The position numbers were made by a program, and so were the translations under genes. Below, in pieces: positions 36,611 through 48,187 of a stretch of 64,000 nt of DNA (position 1 is its first letter; each line of letters begins with the position of its first letter). The notes under the pieces are model-generated. The model was not told the origin of the DNA, made no database searches, and worked only from the letters and a program-made list of their open reading frames with translations. This DNA comes from Mobula hypostoma (Eukaryota): the NCBI RefSeq assembly GCF_963921235.1, contig NC_086118.1, positions 24,926,001 through 24,990,000 of the forward strand. The letters run 5' to 3'.

Positions 36611-39600
36611 GGATATATTTTGAGAGAACATTGTGTCTGTGAACAGCACATTATTGTGGCAAGCCCAGTTCATGAGATTTCAGAGCGGTGTATTTTCCAT
36701 TCAAGGGTTAATCGTGGAATATATGTTCGCTCTTTTAGTGATGGAAGAGTGCCATAATTTATTCCTTCATTTAGGCGGAAGTTAAAAGACACTGGAGAAT
36801 ACCTGAAGGAATATTCATGAGAATTCTTTTGAGACTTTTGAGCAAGTTCCTGTACTTAATACATTTCAGCAGTACTATGTTAATAAACTCAAGGGAGTCT
36901 GCTTGTTAACAAGATAAAACTTGGTCACTGAGTAGTGTAGCAACCAGAAGATAATTATTTGTTGTTCTAAAAATTGAAAGTTTAGGGATTAGTCAATATC
37001 ATTTGCTATGAAAGTTCATAGAAGCAGTTCACAATGATGTAAACATTTAAGCGAAGGCCTACCAATGAAGGGCATTATTGCTGGATCACTTACAAGGGAA
37101 CTGTAAAACATTTTGCTGAGAAAGTTCACAATAATTGCATAGAGACACGGTTATCCATCTTTTTTTTCATGAGCCTGTATATTGGATTTCTCTCCTATTT
37201 GTACACTGACCAAGCTGTAAGCGCTGGAGTGTTTAATTCATGTTTCCTGTGTATTAGGTGTTATCTTTTAAGACAAAGGGGTGAAAGTCCAGTTGGAATT
37301 GAATTGCACTCTAAGTAGTTGAAGAGTCGATGATATTGAAATACCTAATTGAACTACATTGCCAAATCTCAATGGCTACGGCAGTGTGAAATGATGCTAA
37401 ATATAACCTTTCTCCTGTTAAGGGGTATTAAAGGATACACAGTTAAACATGATTAACAGTAAATTTGCAACAGTAGTTTCCGAATCTATACTTCCGAGTC
37501 TGTTTGGAGTAATGCAGTTTGCCTGTTGATTTTAATATTATATTTGGCATTTTAGTAGATGTCCCACATTTTTTTGCCTTGTTAGATGGAATGTTGTTTC
37601 ACTGTAACATTTCTATCAATTGATACAACGGTTCAGATTTGCCATCAGTATTGATTTGGATACACATGTAAATAGACTGAACATTGTGTTTAAGGGTGTG
37701 CTCACACGGACTATATTTAATTGTCTGATAGCATAGCTTAATGATAAAAAGTAGCAATAGATTTGTAACCTGAACTAGATAATTGCATGTGTATTTCAGT
37801 CTTTTCAAAGACAAAACCAAGAAAACAATAGAGGATTAAATTGTTTATGAATTATTAAACTATTTTGTAAAAAAAATCCTACAAATGAGTGTGTTTTTTT
37901 TAAATTTAAAGTGATTAACACTATTCATCACACAGCCTATATCAAACCTCATCAAATTGGTTTATCCATATATTGACAAAATATTCTGATTCTTAAATTT
38001 GTTCAATTCAATCAGCGATAAAATCATGCTGCGTGGCATTTTAAATTAACATTATATAAAAGGTAATTTCAGCTGCGTGACAACAAAGGCTATCTGTATG
38101 GGAGCATTTCAGTTACAGCGCAACTGTGCAGCTTAGAAGGAACAGTGCTTCAAGGTGATACTTGCTGGTTTGTCCCATTGTCAGTCATGCATGATTTTTT
38201 AATACACCCAAACTGAGCGAGGAGCTTAATACTGAGAAATTTAGTGGCACTTTTTCCCCAACTTTCATTAATTCCAAGGCTCCCTTGCAGCACTTGAAAC
38301 TGACTAGCACTGCTGACATCTCTTATAGCTTGGGTAATCAGCAGTCCCATGGTCAAATTCGCTCACTGCAATGTTGACAACTGAAGCTGACAGAATTCTG
38401 TCAGCACCTTCATAGTAAATATTCATCTCCAGATGCATTTTTCCTTATTCAGGTTGAGATGGCAACATAACTCCTGGAGGACTTGTGGAGGGTTTATTTG
38501 CTGTGCCTCTTTCACCTCTATACTGTATTTAACTGAATTTACATATGTAGACTGGCAAAGGTGGAATTTTTTCTCCTAGAGAAGAGAAAGTTGAGAAGCA
38601 ATTTGACAGCAATATCCACACTCATTGTGAACCAAACTTGTTTCTATTTCTATTGGTGAAAGGATTAAAACCCAGAAAGCACGGATTAAAGGGGATGGCT
38701 GAAAGAAACAGGTAGATCTCAAGAAATTTTTAACATGATTGGAATTTGAAAGATTGCAGAACAAAATTTAATTGTAGCCTACAAAGAGAATTGGAAAGAA
38801 ACTCAAGTGAGAAAAAGTTGCGTGCCTGTCAAGAAAGAGTTGGGCAATATGTTGGACTGATTTATTCCTGCAGTAAATCAGTGCAAGTTCAAATGGCTGC
38901 CTTCTGTGTAGTAATGATTCTGTCCTCAGGATTAGGTCATCTTGAGCAGACAAGTCGTTTTCTATCGCAACAAATCAAAAGTTTTGAATAATATCTAAGG
39001 AGACCCCAATAAAACACTTCCATAAAATATATCAAACTGAAGAGTGGTTTTTGGGTAATAATTACAGCAAGTTATTCTACCTTTTAGAGATTTTTTATTT
39101 TATAAAAAAGCTGATTGGTATTTCCTGCATATCAATGAAGCTACATATAAACAGTGAAAGAATACAATGGAACATTGGAGAATCACAGCATGAAAGCTTG
39201 TTATTTGTTTCCTGGTACAATTAGCTCTGGTGCGCTGATATTTTGAAAATATCGCTCCTGATGACAGATTTATTTGCCTTTCTAACAAAAGAATATTTTG
39301 TTTGGGTATTCTATTCTTGATATTCCATCAGTCAATATCAAGTCAGTTTCAGAATCACAGTAATAGCTGAGTCTGATTCTGATTGTTATTCAGGGAGAGG
39401 GGTCATCACCATGGTGCTGTGGGGCCCAAGCATTTTAAGCTCTCTCAGACTGAGCCGTGGGCTATGATGTCCTCAGATTCCGAATTGCAGACATGGACTG
39501 CACTGCTGAAAGGAATCGAAGAATGGAAGTCATACACTCCTTTCTGTGTGAATCTGAACAGACTGCTAATAAAGTCTATCTGAGATGTTATGTGTGTATA

Positions 39601-39915
39601 TTTTATGGTATACAGTAAAATCATTATTCACAATTTATCATCTTAAAGAATGATTGGTTAATGATGGGGGGGTCACATCACATTGTAAATGTTCTTCAAT
39701 TATCGATTCACAGTGAGGAATTGATTACATTTTTTATGGTACACAGTAAACTGTCACAACAGAAATGGTATTTCAAAGATAAATTAAACAGTAGAATGAG
39801 TCATCCCTGGTTGCTGAAGTGATACAAGCAAGAAATTTGGCCCCTAGTTGTATAACAGCCATCAATGTTTGGTTTCAGTGATGTCTATTGAATTACCCTT
39901 CTGTAGGTGACAAAG

Positions 39916-40100
39916 GGCCAGCTGGTGGTGTAGTGGCATTAGCACTGGACTTCAAGGCAGATGGTCCTGAGTTCAAACCCAGCCGGATCCCAAACTGGGC
40001 AGCAGCAGTTTCTGTGTGGAAGAAAGGCCTTCTTCCGTATCTTGCCATGAAAATGGAGGTCACGAAAAGTCAAACTTGACTTAACAACTGAACAACAAGA
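39916..40100 (+). mobile_element. tRNA-derived SINE with BovB/RTE-type tail
   Basis: Head nearly identical to the 3017 SINE; body cttccgtatcttgccatgaaaat; tail gaggtcacgaaaagtcaaacttgacttaacaactgaacaacaa. Confidence 0.75.
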
Positions 40101-40181
40101 TGATGAAGAATAATTTAGCTCAGAGAATATTTCAAAATCACCAATGGTTCTTAATAGAATAAGCAAGTCCGTAACTTTTGA

Positions 40182-40600
40182 GCAACACACACAAAATGCT
40201 GGAGGAACTCAGCAGGCCAGGCAACATCTGTGGAAAAAAGCACAGTTGACATTTCAGGCTGAAACCCTTCAGTTGATGTTTCGGGCTGAGACCCTTTGGC
40301 AGAACTGGACTGCAGCAGACATTTTGGGCAGAGGTTCTTCAGCAGGACTGGACTGCAGTAGACATTCTGGGCTGAGATACTTCAGCAGGACTGGACTGTA
40401 CAGTCAGTGTTTCGGGCCGAGACCCTTTGGCAGAACTGGACTACAGTGGACATTTTGGGCCAAGACCTTTCGGCAGGACTGGACTGGACTCACCCTTCAG
40501 TCCAGTCCTGTCGAAGTGTCTCAGCCCAAAATGCTGACTGTACTCTTTTCCACAGACGCTGCCTGGCCTGCTGAGTTCCTCCAGCATTTTGTGTGTGTTA
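40182..40600. repeat. Inverted Penelope termini enclosing a tandem array of ~43-bp hammerhead-derived units
   Basis: Units at 40243-40269 (partial), 40270-40312, 40313-40355, 40356-40400, 40401-40443, 40444-40486 (hammerhead sense on minus); inverted copy from 40498; outer arms are reverse complements. Confidence 0.85.
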
Positions 40601-40704
40601 TTCATATTTCTATCTAGTTTTAATGATGAACTATGGAATTTTATTGGTGGCGTATTTGTTAGAATCTGATTCGTATTTTTGTTTGTTCAGAACATAATGT
40701 TTGT

Positions 40705-40990
40705 TCGTTTATTTATTGAAGCGCGAAATAGGCCCTTCCAGCCCTTTGAGCCACGCCACCCTGCAATCCCCCGATTTAGTCCTAGCCTAATCACAGGACA
40801 ATTTACAATGACCAATTAACCTACCAACCAGTACATCTTTGGGCTGTAGGAGGAAACCAGAGCACCCGGAGGAAACCCACGTGGTCACTAGGTAAACGTA
40901 CAAACTCCTTACGGGCAGTGGTGGGAATTGAACTTGGGCTGCTGGTACTGGAAAGCATTGTGCAAATCAATACACTACCGTGCTGCCCCT
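40705..40990 (-). mobile_element. HE1-like V-SINE
   Basis: Reverse-complement V-domain aggaggaaaccagagcacccggaggaaacccacgtggtcac, tRNA-like head at the right end; same family as 14694-14973. Confidence 0.85.
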
Positions 40991-42064
40991 GATAGAAACT
41001 CAATATATTGTTAACATAAATTTAACGACATTTATATGTTAGTTACGTTTAACTTGAAAAGCAGGTTGTGCCTAGTTATACATTGACTTCAATTTCCTTT
41101 ACCTTTGTTTTCACTGCTAGCTTTTGTAGTATAAGGACATGAACTAGGCAGCTGGTAGACATGTAAATACAATAAATGATTCGTAGTGAGTAAGAAAGTT
41201 ATTGCTTACAGTATATGTTTCTAGTTTTGCTGTGTATGAAAGGTGCCCAAAATAACAGGAGATGAGCTAGCTGTGGGTAGTACAGTGAAATGATGTGCTT
41301 CAGTATGCAAACCAAACTGTGAACATTATGTTTAATTTTTATTCTCTTGTGAATGCTGCTTAGACAATGCTGTATGCCTGTGATGTTGCTGCAAGCAATT
41401 TTTTCTGTTGCACCTCTCATACATGTACTTGTGCGTATGACAATAAACTCAACATTGATTATTCATTTAAGAAAAGTTACTTTTCAAAGTTTCTGCCTTA
41501 TTCTCATTTCAAAATGTTTGTTTTAAAGCAAAGAAGGGTTAGTGCAAGGCCACAATATTAATGTGTGTGATGTGGTGTATGTACCATAATGGTTGTGTTG
41601 ACATCACACTTCGTGGCTTTCAAGTACGTGATTTGGATTGTTGGTTACACAGCTTATTCTATATAAGAAAAGGCAACAGCATTGCATGTCCAGAATCATT
41701 CAAATCAATTTAAGGAATGGTTAAAAGATAGCAGGAATCCTTAATCTCTGGTATCACCCAAAGGTATATGAGATGCATTGAGAAAGCATTGAGCTGACAG
41801 TTGGTTCAGTGAAAGATGCAAACAGCTCCCTCTTTCTCTGTACTAAGCTGTTCCTGGCAAAATGCAAGTTTCCGTTCTGGAAAAACAGATAGAGAAATAA
41901 TTGAAACAGAAGTTCAATTAAGTAATTGATTTGGCCATTTTTCTGTGATGTTGGTGGTTTATTTGAATATCTCTTCATATAAATGTTGGTTTGTGAAACA
42001 TTTTTGAAGAACATCCATAGTAATTTACTGTTTCAATTGAAACAACTGCAGGTTTTAGATCTTA

Positions 42065-42290
42065 GTCAGAGAGGACTACAGCACAGAAACAAGCCATTTG
42101 GCCCATCTACTCCATGCCCAACTATTATTCTACTTAAACCCATTGACCTGTACCTGCAACACAGCCCTCTGTACTTCTCCCATCCACGTACTTATCTAAA
42201 TTTCTCTTAAATTTTGAAATCAAGTCTCGCAGCTCAATCCACATTCTCACCACCCTACAAGTGAAGACGTTCTTAAATATTTCACCTATG
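42065..42290 (-). mobile_element. CR1 3' end fragment
   Basis: tacagcacagaaacaagccatttggccca...ccacattctcaccaccct. Confidence 0.65.
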
Positions 42291-43280
42291 AATCATGAAT
42301 GATGACAGTAGATAAGGAGGTGTTTCTCTTATAGCACAATGCCAGTTTGCTTCTGGATTATTTTGTTAATCAAAGTTTCATTAGAAAGCTTGCTCTATTT
42401 ACTCTTCATGAATAAGAGATGGATCATTCTCTCGGCACTTCAGGTTGAATATGGTCGTGGATGTGCTTGACATTCAGAGCCAGGGAACTAGCATTTGAGG
42501 ATGTAGATGTCCACCTCCTATTAGCTGTTTAATTATCCACAGGTATATCTGACTAGATGTGGCAAGACTGTGGAAGAGTGGTGATATTATTTAGCTCTGT
42601 GTTTGGGATACTGTTTTTGTTATTTAGTATGTCTGTGATGCTGTGTTTTAAGCTCACCAAGTCAACTCCTCATTTTTTAAAAATTGCTGGGGAATTAAGA
42701 ACAGGAATCAGCCTTGAGCCTATTCCATCTTTCATGGATCATGACTTATCTGACATTCATGTCCTTTCTCCCTAACAGTGGATTCCTTTCATAATTAAAA
42801 TCTATCTTCCCTAGTCTTAAATACACATAAGGATTCTGCAATCACCCTAGCTCTCTTAAGGAAAGAAATTAAAAGGCTCAATCATCTGGGAGAAGATTTT
42901 TTTTCCCTCATATTGGCCTTAATCTCTTATTCTGAGACCACAGTCTCTATTTCTGGATGTTCCTGTGAGAGGAAATATTAAGAGATGGTGTCCACTTGGA
43001 AATGAGTTCCGAACCTGTAATTTATCTAAAATAAAAGGAAAGGTAAGGCCCCCAACAGTAAAATTGGGAGCGAAGTCAGTGCTTTTCTGCCAGCCCTTGG
43101 CATTTAGGCAAATATACTCAACTACTTCAGCTCAAAACTTGCATTCAATAGTATCTGTGGACTATCAGCAGAACAGGAACTAGCTTCAACTTCTAACCCT
43201 GACTGTCATTGCATTCAAGGGTGATCAACACTGCGTCAATCAGAAAATGAACAGATATGTAGAAGAAGCTGGCTTAGGGG

Positions 43281-44500
43281 TAACACACACAAAATGCTGG
43301 AGGAACTCAACAAGCCAGGCACCATCTATGGAAAAAAGTGCAGTCAGCATTTCGGGCTGAAACCCTTCGGCAGGACTGGAGAAAAAAGCTGAGGATTAGC
43401 TTTAAAAGGTAGGGACAGGGGACAGAGAAACACCAGGGGAGAGATGAAACCTGGAGGGGGAGAGATGAAGTAAAGCGCTGGGAAGTTGATTAATGAAAGA
43501 AAAAGGGGGAGGAGCACCAGATGGAGATGATGGGCACGTAAGGAGATAAGGTGAGGGAGGGACAAGGGAATGGGAAATGGTGAAGGAGGTGGGTGGGGCA
43601 TTACTGGAAGTTTGAGAAATCGATGTTCATGCCAACCGGTTGGATGCTACTCAAACAGTATATCAGGTGTTGTTCCTCCAATCCAAGTGTGGCCTCATCA
43701 TGGCTGTGGAAGAGGCCATGGATAGACATACTGGAATGGGAATGGGAATGGGAAGTGGAATTAAAATGGGTGGCCACTGGGAGATTCCACTCGTTCTGGC
43801 AGATGGAGTGCAGATGCTTGGTGAAGTGGTCTTCCAACCTACATTGGGTCTCACTAATATACAGGAGGTCACACCGGGATCACTGAACACAGTAAATGAC
43901 CCCAGCAGATTCACAGGTGAAGAGTCACCTCACTTGGAAGGACTGTTTAGGGCTTTAGATGGTATTGAGGGAGGTGGTGTAGGGACAGTTGTAGCACTTA
44001 TTCCACTTGCAAGGATAAGTGCCAGGAGGGAGATTAGTGGTGAACAACACCTGATATTCCGTTTGGGTAGCCTCCAACCTGATGACATGAACATCAAGCT
44101 CTCAAACTACCAGTAATGCCCAACTACCACCCTTCACCATTTCCCATCCCCTTATTCCTCTTTCACTTTATCTCCTTGCCCGCCCATCGCCTCCCTCTGG
44201 CGCTCCTCCCCTCCCCATTTTTTTTCTTTCATGGCCGTCAGTCTCCTTCACCGTTCATACTTCCCAGCTCTTTACTTCACCCCTCCCCCTCCAGTTTTCA
44301 CCTATCACCTGGTGTTTTGCTCTCCCCTCCCCCCACCTTTTAAATCTATTCCTCAGCTTTTTTCCTTCAGTCCTGCTGAAGGGTCTCGGCCTGAAACGTC
44401 AACTGTACTCATTTCCATAGATGCTGTCTGGCCTGCTGAGTTCCTCCAGCATTTTGTGTGTTGCTCAGATTTCCAACATCTGCAGATTTTCTCTTTCTTG
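43281..44500. mobile_element. Penelope-like element with inverted structure (minus part 43281-44040, plus part 44041-44500) and 11-bp TSD
   Basis: Minus: PCKWNKCYNCP...FTCESAGVIYCVQ*SRCDLLYISETQCRLEDHFTKH...PVATHFN...EEQHLIYCLSSIQPVGMN (Cys-rich linker plus GIY-YIG); plus: EQHLIFRLGSLQPDDMN and pLTR; TSD TGGCTTAGGGG at 43270-43280 and 44501-44511. Confidence 0.9.
44368..44405 (+). ncRNA. Minimal hammerhead-like motif with CUGCUGA core variant
   Basis: CAGTC-CTGCTGA-AGG-GTCTCGG-CCT-GAAA-CGTC-AACTG. Confidence 0.55.
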
Positions 44501-44589
44501 TGGCTTAGGGGCAAGACTAGTTTCAGGCTGACGACTGGTATCTGATGGAGTATCTTGCAAATGATTACAACATGTATAGCAATAACTTT

Positions 44590-45235
44590 GAGGAAGTAAT
44601 TATACAGTCAGCAACTTTGCAAGCAATACAAAATGTGTGGGAAGGCAAGTTGTGGGGAGGATACAGTTTGACCCATGAAAGAGGTTTAGTAAGTAGGCTA
44701 AATCTTGCAAAATTGAGTATAATATGGAAAATGTGAAATTAATTTAAGAAATAAAATGTAGAAAGATTGCTGCACAAGTTAATTGGGGGGGTTAACTCTT
44801 TAACATAGAAAATTTGCACACATGTTCAGCAGGCAAGAGAAAGCTAGTGGAACGTTGGTTTTTATTTCAAGAGGGTTGAAGTATTAGGGAGGACAGATTG
44901 CAAATTCACATTGTATTAGTGAGATCACAACTAGAGTATTCACTAGGGGCATTTAAGAAACTCTTGGGCACATGGATAATAGAAAAAAATGAAGGGCTTA
45001 TGTAAGAGGGAAGGGTTAGATTGATCTTAGAGTAGGGCATAGGGCCTGTACTATACTGTAATGTTCTATTTTTTTTTAAATGCTCTTCCTCTTCAATACA
45101 TAATATTTAATTTGAGACAGCTTAGAGAATATTCATTAGAATGATTCTGGGTTGGGGGGGAGGTGAAGATTGTCAAAAGAGAAAAGGTTAGGCAACTTGT
45201 GGCTGTACATGTTGGATTTTAGAATGAGAGACCTC
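44590..45235 (+). mobile_element. Degenerate CR1 RT fragment with a nested CR1 tail
   Basis: tggaaaatgtgaaatt; gttggtttttatttcaagagggttgaagtat; tail gggcctgtactatactgtaatgttctat at ~45040-45070. Confidence 0.55.
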
Positions 45236-45830
45236 ACAGGACAACTGTGGGGAATGTCTGCGGTGAGTGGGGTTTTCGTCACTGCCTCAGTAAAGCAGCC
45301 AATATAATCAGTCTATAGAGGGGAGGCCGTTTCTTGTGATGTGCTGAGCTCTATCCACAACTCTCTGCAGTATTTCGTGGTCACATGCAGAGCAGTTGCT
45401 GTACCAGATAGAATGCTTCCTATGCTGCATTGATTAAAAATTGGCAGGAATCAACAGGGACATGCCAACTTTTTGCTCCTCTTGAGGAAATAGAGGTATT
45501 GGTGAACTTTCTTGGCTGTGACATTAATGTGGTTCAGAGTCAGATTTATTATCACAGACATACGTCATGAAATTTGCTGTTATGCAGTAGTACAGTACAA
45601 TACATAAGTTACTACAAGTTACAATAAAATATATTTAAAACAAATAACCAGTGTAAAAGGAGAACAAAATAGTGATGTAACATTCAGGGGTTCATGGACC
45701 ATTTAGAAATCTGATGGCTGAAGGGAAGGAGTTGTTTCTAAAACATGAGTGAGTATCCTCAGGGCTTCCTTGATGGTAGTAATGAGAAGAAGGCATATCC
45801 TAGATGGTGTTGGATCCTGGTCTTGATGTG
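45236..45830 (-). mobile_element. Rex1/Babar-like fragments (two abutting pieces)
   Basis: cttgaggaaatagagg (RLYFLKR on minus); HLGYAFFSLLPSR; tail cagagtcagatttattatcac. Confidence 0.6.
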
Positions 45831-46274
45831 ATCCAGAGGTTCTTTGGAAGTCAAGAATGACGCATAAAACTTGTTGTTCATGGCTGTTTTATTAAACATT
45901 ACAGGAACATCGAACAAAAAGAGCCAAGAGTTCAAGAAATTGTGGTGGTTTTCTACAAAAATTGGCTCTGACTTTAAAAGATAACAACATTCCATTGATA
46001 AAAATTAGCCTGTAAAATAGCCAGATTTGAGTGATGTGGCACCTGCTGTGGAAAATCCAAGCAGCTTCAAGAAAAAGATAGAAGTATGAATATCACAAAG
46101 CAGCTGTACCAGTCACCAGAAAATTCATGGAACAATTACACATATAGAGGTGATTATATAAGAATAGAAGCAAGCATAAGAAAGTTAAATTACAAGGAAA
46201 AAAAAACAAGAAAAATAACCACTGTATCAACAATTGTTAGGGTCCATAATAATGTGTGCTGCCTTCTGGAGGCA

Positions 46275-46785
46275 TATCATTTGACACTGTCCTAGATGGT
46301 GAGAAGCTGTCTGTGTTGACAACCCACTGCAGCTTTTTTCCCTCAGTCCTGTCTATTAGACCTTCCACACCAGGCATGAGAACAGTTATAATGTTCTCCA
46401 CAGTACATCTGCAGGAATTTGCTAGAGACTTTGGTGACATATCAAATCTCCTCAAAACTCCCAATATAGGTGCTAGCAGGTCTCCTTTATTGCATTAATA
46501 TGTGGGACCCAAGATGGATCATTTTGAGATGTTGGCACACAGGTACCTGAAGCTGCTCATCATTTCCACTGCTGACCCCTCAGAGGATTGGTGTGTGTTT
46601 CCCCCGATGTTCCCTTAGTGACATTGATTGCAAGATTGTTTTTCTCAAAACCTCTCAACCAGTTGATCTACAGCATGTTACTTTTGTGTCTCCCCATCGC
46701 CATCTGAGATTCTGCCAACAGCAGTTATGTTTTTGGTGAATTTATAGTTGGCATTTGAGCTGTGCCTAGCCACACAGTTAGGACA
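46275..46785 (-). mobile_element. Rex1/Babar-like RT fragment
   Basis: LRRFDMSPKSLANSCRCTVENII; ctgagattctgccaacagcag (VGRISDGD on minus). Confidence 0.75.
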
Positions 46786-47361
46786 GGATTCTGGTGATGT
46801 TCACACCTTGGAACCTGAATCTCCTGGTGGTGAAGATATATTTCTTAAATGGGTTTATTCCTGCCATGGTGTCTTCATTTGTGAGGCATATTTCTATGTG
46901 CAACCTACTAGTATATCTAGATGTTAGGGTGACTTGGTGATCCTAGTTAGATCCATTTTCTAAATCTCGTACTTTTGTTCATCATTACATCTTGAACTTA
47001 AAACAAAAAAAAACTTATTTTCTAGTTTGGCAAATATAAAAATCCAAATTAAAAACAATTATGTTGAAGCTTTTCCAATATGGTAAATGAAAAAAATTAG
47101 CTGACAAGTAAAATTCAATATAAACTGCTCTTTCAGCATTGCTTATCTGTTTGGACATCAGAACACAGTGTCTAGCCAATGCAAGAAAATCAGCCATTGA
47201 GCTTCAAGTTTTCCCTCAAGTGACATATCTGCCATTTCTCCCCACCTCCTCCCCCACCTTCAGTGAAAACATGCAGACCATTTATTTGCCTCTTTAATGA
47301 TTCGTACCCACCGTTTGCATCATCCCGAGTTCAAACAAGCGGGCAGTCCAGGAGTTATGCA

Positions 47362-47755
47362 TGCTCAGTGGTAGCACTCACACCTCTTGGTTAGAAGGTT
47401 ATGAATCTGGATTTGAATCAAGGGAGTAGAGGATATTGTCCAGATGTGTGCTTCATAGCAGAAGGATTTGCCCATGGTCATTTTCGACAGACAGATAAAC
47501 TGAGCTTCATGCCCTCTTTAGGTGAACCTTAGAGGTTGGATGGTACTTTCCAAAGAGCAAAAGCAGTCTCCTTGTTTTGGTAAACTGCTACATAGAATGA
47601 TGTAATTTATTTTGTTCCCATTTGTGGGGACTTTTCTGTGTTTACATTGTTTGCCTTAGTTTTCTATGTAATTTAAATTGCATTACAAGGGCATTTGAGT
47701 CTAAGAAGTGCTTTTGGTAATACCGATTATGAAAGGTGCCCAATAAATACAAGTC
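47362..47755 (+). mobile_element. DeuSINE (SacSINE1/AmnSINE-like), old
   Basis: tRNA-like head gctcagtggtagcactc; Deu-domain-like taaactgag...gccctctttaggtgaac...atggtactttccaaagagca; L2-type tail aagtgcttttgg...tgaaaggtgcccaataaatacaag. Confidence 0.65.
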
Positions 47756-48187
47756 AGTATTATTTACCCTCTTACTTCATCCCTTTTCTCCTACTAATGG
47801 CCAGCTTGGCTCTCTGCCAGATGTTGTGCAAGGATGTTCTGAATTCATAAAGTTTAACGGGTTGCTAAGTATTGAAATTGCCCCTTTCCCCAATTTAGAC
47901 AACACTTGTTTGCTCTTCCCTCACCTCAGAGCAGCCACAGAACTGATTTCACCTCCTATGTGGCTGAAAGTGGAAGCCAAAACATTGCAAGGCCAGACTA
48001 TTTATATGCACAATGCTCAGCTCCCAACTGACACTCTATGCTAGGGGTTTCCAACCTGGGGTCCATGGCATAAAAAGGTTGGGACCACTGTTCCATGCCA
48101 AGTTTTGCCAAGGGATGGAATTACTAGACCGAAAAGATTTATGGATTTGTTGCAAGCCTGCTTGAAGAAATGCAACATCCCCAGTCA

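Noticed and set aside
40243..40490. CRISPR-like regular repeat
   Set aside because: Units are contiguous with no unique spacers, derive from the Penelope terminus, and lie in eukaryotic DNA with no cas genes
43870..43935. In-frame TGA codons in the GIY-YIG region, one at a Cys position, suggesting selenocysteine
   Set aside because: The copy is decayed (the YIG motif is also mutated); the other TGA fits CGA-to-TGA decay; no SECIS identified; single observation
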